Origin: Kudoa neothunni
Lineage: Eukaryota; Animalia; Cnidaria
Direction: 5' to 3'
DNA length: 64,000 bases
NCBI GenBank assembly: GCA_964304625.1
Contig: OZ199839.1
Location: 8,278,560-8,342,559 of the forward strand
Shown here: one piece after another, positions 54,981 through 64,000 of the stretch
Numbering within the stretch: position 1 is the stretch's first letter
Layout of the letters: every line of letters begins with the position of its first letter
Made by a program: the position numbers and the translations under genes
The notes under the pieces: generated by a model
The model's database searches: none
Told to the model about the DNA's origin: nothing
What the model saw: only the letters and a program-made list of their open reading frames with translations

Positions 54981-55472
54981 TTTTTGTTTACAAGGTCAAA
55001 CCCTTGGCGCAACTTGTTAGGCTGTGAAGTTCGGGTTGGTTATGCCTTCTCCATTTACACTTTAGGCACCGAAGCGTCATATTAAGGCGACTTACTTTTA
55101 TGCGGTGGTGTGGGATTTTAACCCAAACATTCTTGTTTCGAAGCAACTACCACGTCAGCTATACTAAGGAATAACCCAGAATTAATCTGGAAAAGTCGTC
55201 TGAATGTGGTCGTCGACTCTACGGAAACCTCCCATTGGGTCTTATTTCGTTCCTGTATCCCGGTGTTTACGAGTGCCGAGTTCTGCCCTTCTGATGGACT
55301 CCCTCCCAGAGATAAACAAGACCACGATAAGTGGTAGATCCTCGCGATTAGATTATTACAGCCTTCCACATTTTTTTAGGATTAGGAGTACAGGAACGTC
55401 CGGATTAGGCTTTGAACTCTCAACCTCGTGGTATGCGATCTCGATCTAACACCACTGTGTCATATTGTCCCT
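54981..55472 (-). mobile_element. tRNA-derived SINE, divergent subfamily copy with 11-bp TSD
   Basis: Head TGACACAGTGG (A box) and GAGTTCAAAGCC (B box) on the minus strand. 3' half shared with the other copies (CCT.GGCGCAACTTGTTAGG, TTTAGGCACCG, TATGCGGT..TGTGGGA..TTAACCCA). TSD TCGATTATTAT at 54970-54980 and 55473-55483. Confidence 0.85.
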
Positions 55473-56313
55473 TCGATTATTATGTTCCATTCTTAGATTA
55501 TGGTCTGTAATTTTCAACTACCGCTAGTTACATCCCCAGAAAACATTAAAATGGCCAAGATATAGTTATTAATCAATTCAAATTTTATGACACACACTCT
55601 ACAATCATTTAACATTAATGTTATTAATGATGGTAATTGAAATAAATGTATAAATTGAATGCTGTGATTCAATTTAACTTAGTATTGACACAGAAAATAA
55701 ATGCATAATAATATTAAGCTGTAAGCCTGGATACATTATAAAATAAACCATAATTATTCTTCTTGACGTCATTACACTTTTGTCTCATTAGTTGTGTAAT
55801 AAATTAAGATATATTATAAAAAGTTATAGACAGATATCATTATTCTTTGGATTAAAGTTTTATCATAATTATTTAATGATTGAAACTTCCCCCTATACAT
55901 GGACTAGCCGGTAAACAACATAGGCACTACCTATTCGTGTGTCTAGTAAATATAAGATTTTTATTTATCATTTAATACCTAAATATTTTTACAAGCTAAT
56001 GAATTGATTACATGGAAATTTTTATTGGACAAATTAAATAACCCAATTTATATAACAAGGATTATTTGACTGGAGTTTTACACAGTTATTACAGGCAATC
56101 ATAAGAGCCGCATTTATATTTTATTTAAAAATTACATTATCATGCGACATCTGATTTTACACGTGCATGTCTGTATAGTTATACGCCAATAAGTCTGTGT
56201 TATAAGCTATATAAACGACATAATATGCAAAAATGAAATTAGTTTATTATTTAATAAAGTTAATGGTTTTTTAAAAAGTTAAAAATTTTAATTCGTTGGA
56301 CTGTCTCCTATGC

Positions 56314-57900
56314 TCAAACTTGAGCAGCGGTTGTGTCCCCTTCACCTTGATCAGTTGGCGTCTCAATTTGTTGTTCTTTTGTTTTTGTGACACCATCATC
56401 ATTATCGTCATCATCATCATCGTCATCCTCATCGTCACCATCTTTATCTTCCTTATCATCACCATCATTATTTTGTAGGTCAGTTGGTGTGTCGGGAGAG
56501 GTTGATATAGGTTCGGGACTACTTGTAGAAGTGGTAGTAGTCTCAGTTGTAGTTGCTGGAGTAGTTGTTGGTTCGGGTAAAGTAACTTCAGTTACACCTA
56601 CAATGCAAATGTAATTGCAAAGAGCTTCACTTTCAAAGTTGTTCGCATTTCCACCAATTCCAGTATATGCAAATCGTTTACACACTTTTTCATTATCATC
56701 ATAATACCACCTTGGTAGTGTGCTTACTTCATTTCCATTGCCAGGTTGTTTTGGTTCGCTGCACACAGTTGGGATATCTGGCAAAGTTTCAAGTGTCTCA
56801 TCATCGTTAACTAGAAACATTAAATTATATAATTCTAAGTAATAAAGGGAGTATACGAGCAGGGCAGGCACTAATACATTCTCCAGCAGTATCGAAATAA
56901 TTTTTGGTTGAGTCTACTTCTATATCAACAGCCATCATTTGGACACACAATTTGTTTGTGGAATTGTAGTAATATTTGATTGTTATATGCCCTTCGTTTG
57001 TTGGTTGATAGGCATCAGAATTGCATCTTTTAGTTGCTTTTTCATCAGCTAAATTCACGTAATTACCTTATTTAATTAATTTTTTTATAATACCATGACA
57101 CTTCTTTTGGCATTGAGAAAATGACCTAAAGACACCTCTTAAGTTTGAGTTTTTATCTACGATCGCATGGACACAAATGGACTTTTCACTGTCTCGTACG
57201 ATCTTGATTTCTCTTTCAGCATTAGTGGCAGTGGAACTTAGAATAGCTCCCACTTCGCAGTCAACTTTGTTAGGTATTTCGTGGGGTGCCACATTTGCTG
57301 ATTTTAATTATGGCATGGTAAAACGAAGAACAAACTACTTATGCACATATCTTTGCAATCACTTTCACTTGGAAACGAGTATTTAGGCTCATTACATCCC
57401 ATATATTTATATGTTTGACAAGTTCCTGCAGCATTGTCGGCTCCCTTTTTGAAGTAATATCTGTCTACTTCTGGTTTAGTGCAAACATTGAAGGATTCTC
57501 TGCCATCGCCACTAAGGGCTGTAGATGGCGTGTTTTCCTCTACACAAACACCGACTCGACTCGCGTAATCATATTCAACTAAATCACGTTAAAAAAATTA
57601 ATAGTATATTTTTGAGTACATTCTTTGTTGCATTCTTCCAGTGATTCAAAATTATTGAAGCTTTCGCCACCAGCTCCCTTGTACAAAAAGCTTTTGCAAG
57701 TGGCTGTAGCTTTATCAACGTAATATCTGGTAGGATAAGATTTTATAACAATCCTATGGTTTTTTTCAAGATTAAAATCATATATTGTATCCGCTAAAGT
57801 TAATTTGAGTTATTGATTTTATATTTTAATTACGAGCGAGATAAGAAAGAGGTATGCAGGTTAAGACAATGTAGATCAAGGTTTGTATGTATATCTTCAT
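56314..57900 (-). CDS. Secreted protein with five divergent Kunitz/BPTI-like domains, Thr/Pro-rich stalk and Asp-rich tail
   Basis: Signal peptide MKIYIQTLIYIVLTCIPLSYLA (ATG 57900). Exons carry RYYVD..CKSFLYKG..NNFES, RYYF..CQTYKYMGC..F, two more divergent repeats, and RWYYD..CKRFAYTGIGGNANNFESEALC. Poly-Thr and poly-Asp C-terminus. Confidence 0.82.
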
Positions 57901-58904
57901 GTTTTTAGTTATCTAAACTCTCTACCCTACAAGGAGGATTAAAATAATATTATATTATTCGTGAATGAGTTAAATGATTATTCTGATAATTGTCGTGAAG
58001 ATTATTATATTCACAATAAATCGATTAAACCTATCGTTAGAATACATCAATAACAAAATAGATTAGAGTTGGTCGTTAATGGTTCATGTAATAACTAATA
58101 AGCATCTAAACGTACCATCGTACATATTTATTTTAATTTTTTAACGTTAAATACGTTTATGTTTTCTTAATTTAATTGTTATAAGAATTTTGAAAATTAA
58201 ATATTACTATTTGGAAACATTATAGGGATTATTTAAACATTTTTTTATTAAAATCGAATCCCGTTTATCTGAAAATTGCGCAATCCACACGATTCTTTAA
58301 AATTTATTAGAAAATGACGTAGATTCTAAATAAAAAAATCATTTAAACGAAATAACTTGTTCTTGGGATTTTCGGATAAAAGTGCCTAATTAAAATGGGA
58401 CTACAATTATTTTTTCGGTACATATGTTTAATTTATTCAATATAAGTTTATGACTGATTAATAGAAACAACCTAACGTAGATAATACAATACTCTAAGTT
58501 CAAATTGTAACCAAGTTGATAACGAACAGATAAATGTCGGGTAAAAACCAATTCCCTTATATCCTTTCATTAGTACTATAATAATTATTGACATTCATAT
58601 ATTCGTTTCATCACAAACCATCAACGACTTTACATGACTAATATATTTACAGGGTTGGTCTAATTAGGCGATTATCGCCTTTTTTTCTTTATAACGTTCC
58701 CGCTTTTAAATTCTTATAGAATCTGAATTTTCTATAATAAATAATAAATTATAAGCATAAATCTATATTTAAAATTAAAAAAGATGAAACACTAAAGATT
58801 CTTATGAAAAACTACTCCTCATTGGTACATTAATTATTTTTACCTCCCGCGTTCGAACAACTCATAATATCCAAATAGAGAAGAAATTATTAACGCGGTA
58901 ATTG

Positions 58905-59365
58905 TTTTTTTATTTACAAGGTAAAACCCCTGGCGCAACTTGTTAGGTTGTGGAATTTCGGTTGGTCAGACCTCTTCCATTAACGCTTTAGGCACCGCAG
59001 GACGTAACATGAAGTTCCGCCCCTTATCCTTATGCGGTAATGTGGGAATTTAACCCACTAAACATCCTCGTCGCAGGACGACCACCTCCCCAAACCCTAT
59101 CCCTTTAAAGATGTTGGCTCTGTGAGGCCTGCAAATTACTTGTCTTACGATGTGAATAGGAGATTCCAACTCCTATTCACGCTCACGCTCACCCCACTTC
59201 ACGCAATTCTGGCTGCCAATGCATCCCACTCCACAGCGAGCGTACACTTTAACCACAGCTCCCAAATCCGAATATGAGATATGGGATAGACACCTACCGA
59301 TGGATTCGAACCCATTACCTCAAGGTTCTGAGTCCGAGTGTCACACCGATGTGCTATCTTTCGCG
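58905..59365 (-). mobile_element. tRNA-derived SINE, copy 3
   Basis: Minus strand GATAGCACATCGG...GGGTTCGAATCC head; near-identical body to 42151-42600; T-rich (A-tail) left end. Confidence 0.88.
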
Positions 59366-59636
59366 CGCGTAAATATTAAACTTGGTTTTACCGAAATTGC
59401 ATATCCCGTATCCAGTCCCAGTATCGTAAAGGAAAATGCTAGCTTCAAAAATTTCAGAATAATCGGATAAGACTGTATAAAATCTTAAATTTTATTAATT
59501 TAATTCACGAAAATTAATTTAGAATGATATATAGCACAATCTTGCTAGATTAATTAAAATTCTAATGTGTGAAGTGTAACGATAATCGCGCGCAGGCGTT
59601 ATCGCGCTACTCTCCAAAAAAAGCACCACCAAACAA

Positions 59637-62024
59637 ATGGTTCAAACCAATGATATACACTATTGGGTGATGAACCAATTACCTAAACATAATACTGACT
59701 TTGAATTAAATAATATAGATTCTAAGTAATTTCTGACCACCGACAGGTTCTAAATATCTATCTCTCACTTAGGTACACATTGAGTCCGCTGGAAGGCACT
59801 TGGAATTTTCTGATCAATTTTTGCGTGAATAAACAGTAACAAGGATTGCCTTATCGACATTTTTAATCTTAACTTTAAGGGAGGCTGTCAAAATTAAAAA
59901 AGCTGTTCATGCGTATCTCCCACCACCAATGCTTAAATGATTATTACTCGACTGATTTAGTTATCGAGTCACTGAGGGGAGCAACTTGAGAGACGATGAT
60001 GTTAAGAATGGATTAATTAAAGAAATTATAGAACTGACAAAAAATATTGATCATTACAAGAAACAAACCAAACAATTGATATTCAAACGTTCAAAGCATT
60101 TATCCAATTGTCGTGCATCTGGTGTTAGTTTAAACGTGAAAAAGGACAAATATTTCGCCCAAATTGAAAAACAATTTCATTTAAAAAACCGAAACCAACA
60201 ACTGGCTCATTATCATTTTAAAATGGTTGGAATTAATAATGAGTTAAGTCAATACGCTAGGTATCAAGAACAGTGTTTCAAACCAGTTATTTCGTTGGAT
60301 GATGGTTCAAATTATTACGAGCGTTTACGCCAAGTAATCCCACTATCGTTTGTTCGTATTTTTTAATTCAAACTCTATTTTAGTCTAATACCACCAAACA
60401 ATACGATATTGATTCGTACAATTATGTGATTAAAAAAAGCTTAAGTAAGGTTCAAGAAGAAATAGTTAAGCTATTTAGTTTGCATTCTCTCGATTTGAAG
60501 TATCACCCAATTTAGGTGCTGTTGGTAAAAAATTTAATTTTTACACATGTAGGAATTTTGTTGTGGATAAGAATGATTCGGCGAATAAAATTTCCACAAA
60601 ATCAGTAATAAGTACGCGCTAAACTTTTTAAAAGTCAAATATTTAGATTTTTTCAAAGTTGATAAGTAAATTTGTCGCTAATCGTGAGGCTGCATTGTTG
60701 CGCAATGAGGCACGTAAATACGCTATGGAATCAATCACAATGCTCTTTGGTGGGATTGAGACAAGTGCTAATGACAAGTATTAGTTGTTAGCGGTGCAAT
60801 ATTTTCATTGTTATATCTATTGATGTCCACAGAGAAATATTGCACGATTTCCTCGAGCATTTCCGCCTAACCAAAATGAAACAATTCTTTCAGCGGCATC
60901 CAAATTTTTGTCGTCTATCGCAACAAAAAAAGAAACATTCGCAGTTGTTGAGTGATTTCCAATGCAAAAAAAGTAGAATTGTTTCCCAGTTCTCGGATAT
61001 AGTAAGTTTAAATTGATATTTGATATACCAACCCTATTGTATGAATATTAATCCTCGGTATTGTTGAGGGTTAATTGTATTATTGTCTAATTTTTATTGT
61101 TGACGATAATAAACGAAAATTTGTTTGTTAGGTGGGAGATATGCGCACATTACTTCGCGCGGATTATACTAATGTCAAATTCAAAATTGAAAACGTTTCT
61201 ATGGTTATTAGAAATGTAGAATTAGTGTTATTATGGCTGGCACATCTAAAACTTTTTATTAGTTGATTGAGATGTGTGAGAGTTGCACACTTAAAACTGA
61301 AAAATTCGAAGAATCAGTCAATAAAATTAATATTTTGATACAAAAATCACTTAATGAAACTCTGAATCGTTCCCAATGGAACGCCACGTTAAATACTAGC
61401 GGCGCCTTGCAAAAAAACACATCAACTATCTCTCAATTTATGATTGAGCTTAATGACACCCTTTATCAGAGTCGGAGTGAGTCGGATAGAAGAGTATTTA
61501 GGTAAGATTTTGCTTTGAGTGATTGGTTTGTGTACGTTTTGATCTTCCTTATTAGGCGTGCGATTGAAAACTCATTTTTATTTGTTGATCCTTCTACTTT
61601 TATCACACACATCAATAATATTGTGATTGATTGTAATCCTTTAGTCGACGCGCGCGTATAAAGTTAATCTAGGCACTAAAAATTATTTGCTCTCTCTAAA
61701 TGTAAGCAACAGAAGTTCTGATGACGATTTAACAGTCGATACATTCCATGCTAATTCAAATCACATAAAAAATCGCCCATTAGAGCCATATACATCTGAG
61801 TTTAAACGTGAGGATCATATTGATTATGAAAATATTTTTGATTTGTTGTAGGAGAAATTTGTTCAATTGAAAACCTTATATCCTCGACTTACGCAAAAAT
61901 TCAAGAAAGATTGAACAATCATCACCGAAATGTTGATTCTCTCTCAACCAACAATGATGATATACGGGATGCCATGAATGAATGGTGGGATACACCTGGA
62001 TTTTATTGTTTTCAAGAATTATAA
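59637..62024 (+). CDS. HAUS5: HAUS augmin-like complex subunit 5, multi-exon
   Basis: N-terminus ..HYW...GTWNFLINFCVNKQ|EAVKIKKAV resembles HAUS5 (W...DIWxY..HV..xRxVKKI). Coiled-coil body and C-terminal AMNEWWDTPG (HAUS5 WWEQPG). TAA at 62022-62024. Confidence 0.72.
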
Positions 62025-62085
62025 TTATTATTTTCTCTGTCTGTGTTTGGTTGTTTCTTTAATGAAAAAATACACAAACGCGCAT

Positions 62086-62158
62086 GTGTAAACTATCGAT
62101 TTGCGTGGTAAATTGCTATTCCCAAAAAACCTACATATAATGTCGAGATCTTACTGTA
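62086..62158. mobile_element. Degenerate relative of the 70-bp MITE
   Basis: AATGTCGAGATCTTACTG-TA matches the right TIR of 11132-11201 with 2 mismatches. Left TIR is poorly conserved. Confidence 0.5.
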
Positions 62159-64000
62159 ATAGAGCGGCCTGGAAACAGTTTAGGATTATGCGTACGCTCC
62201 CAAAACTATCTTTTTTTAATACTCTAACGCAGGGATAGATTAAATGAAATTAAAATTAGATAGGGGGAATTTTTGCATTGTGGGTTTGTGTCGTAATTTT
62301 GGATTTCTAAGGAATTATATTATTAAGGGTTATTAAACTCAATAAGAATCAGTCGACAAATTCTTAATATATTTTTAGGAATATGTTTTTAACAGCTATT
62401 TCCAAAACTATTAAGGTGGTTAATTGATTTTCCGCAATTTTGGAAATCTTACAATATACGTCTTAGAAACATTCTAATTTTCTAAGAATCATTATAACTC
62501 CCGTTGTTATAATATTTGTGAAATTTTAAATCAGCAAAACATTTTTATCCCTGTTTTTCAAAAAATAGAGGATTAACTGACTTTCCACACATTTTTTAGT
62601 CTTTAATCCTATTTTTGCTCTGATGAGCATACGATAAAAATAATTTTCATTTAGTTGGATGGAAAATTTGTATAATGTTTGTATATTTTCCATCTCATTC
62701 TCCTTAAACTGTTTTTAATAATCAAATTTTTTTATATTTGATAAACGTACATATTGCTTTACGATAATTCGGACTTCTGTAAATAGCGTACATATCCTAT
62801 TTACAAACACCTACTGACTACTTTTCATGCTATTTCGTGTATTTACTGAAGGTATTCTACTTTGAGAGAAATACGAGAATTACAATAATGTAATAATTCT
62901 AATAGATGTAGTCATAATAATAAATGTAAATGCATTCACGAGAATTATTTTTTTCTTAGTGTACATGTAACACATCCTATAGTTTAGATTGGTTCATAAA
63001 GGCCCTTATTTATATTGTATACTGGATGTAATATATTATTTAATGATATAATTTAAATAAAATGAGGGTAGAATGATGTATTTGTATAAATTTTTAGGGA
63101 CAAACTTAATTTTTTCCTGTGGCGCGCACATAAAAAAGTGCGAAAAATCGATTACCTACTGTATTAGTCTTTTTGTTTTATTCCTCGTTTATCTTTTAAT
63201 GGTGTAGATTAATAATGGAAATACTTAAAATGACTATTTCCATGGTAAATAATATTCAAGTGTCATTAGTTTAGACTATTTTTAATTATTTCTAGCCCCT
63301 AAGAGCGAAGGGATGGGCAAAAAAATTTAATTTGGAAAAATTTAAAAACTTAAAACTAAATACAGATTGTGAGTATAAGATGATGAGATGATGGTAAATT
63401 GTCGATATGAAGGCGTATGTGCCTTTTATGACCAGAATTTACCACTCCAAAAAATAACCCCTGCTACAGCTAAACAAGTATAAAACATTAAGATAACTAT
63501 GGATTTGACTTCCAATTTAGGGGGTTAATTTGAAAAAAACGTTTGAGAACCTAGCTCTAAATGATTTGGGCGTAGTACACCCCAACCTACTTTTAATGTG
63601 GGCATAAAATTTTACAACCTTCTCATAGAAAATTTAAATTTAAGCTACTTTCCTTTATTTATTTACCGTACTATATATCAAAAATTTGGCTAAAACATAT
63701 ATTCAGGTAATACTAAAAAAAATTCCATCCTCTAGGGGGCATAGGGTGAAAAACTCCCCAGGGGTTTTTTGGTTATATTAACTTGAAAAATTATAAATAA
63801 TTAAATGAGAAACTCCTGTAAAAGTCCGTAGAAAAAAAACATGAAAATCTGCAATTAATATCCCTCCTAATTCAATACGGCATTCTTCGTCGATCGCTCG
63901 AAAGTTTCCATTGGTATTAATTGAGGTTCTCCTATGATATGGGCGGAGAAACATCGTTTTTGTTACACATGTTAGGTTTTAACAACTAACAAAAGTTTGT

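Noticed and set aside
56296-56614. Plus-strand Ser/Ile-rich ORFs
   Set aside because: Antisense shadows of the Asp/Thr repeats in the Kunitz gene.
62140-62217. Pol III small RNA (TATA-like element, GAAA hairpin, poly-T)
   Set aside because: The 5' part is a MITE TIR and there is no match I recognise to snRNA, SRP or RNase P motifs.
1-64000. CRISPR arrays, rRNA, prokaryotic operons, non-canonical or U12 introns, alternative genetic code
   Set aside because: No repeat-spacer array or rRNA-like tract is visible. Genes are spliced, the introns I read are GT-AG, and conserved proteins translate with the standard code.

Overview
AT-rich eukaryotic nuclear DNA from a compact-genome animal. The very short GT-AG introns, divergent proteins and piggyBac/mariner/hAT/SINE debris suggest a parasite such as a myxozoan; this is inference, not an identification. 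Host genes reconstructed by eye across introns: three same-strand GAS2-family (CH/GAR) paralogs, MOCS2B, PMF1/NNF1, VPS33B, DAD1, cytosolic-type valyl-tRNA synthetase, a secreted multi-Kunitz protein and HAUS5. The most unexpected signal is at about 7250-9918 (-). It is an intronless, stop- and frameshift-riddled reading frame that still shows, in order, AEP primase motifs I-III, a PrimPol/UL52-type Zn finger and a D5-like SF3 helicase, i.e. a fossil DNA-virus or Polinton-like replication gene that the ORF track does not reveal. A GCGCAYGC (NRF1/Ewg-like) motif sits just upstream of all six housekeeping genes. In ValRS that motif also supplies the ATG of a candidate mitochondrial presequence. 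Also present: a tRNA-headed SINE family (3 copies), a mariner nested in a piggyBac, a 70-bp MITE and a long-TIR foldback element. Exon boundaries are manual readings and approximate.
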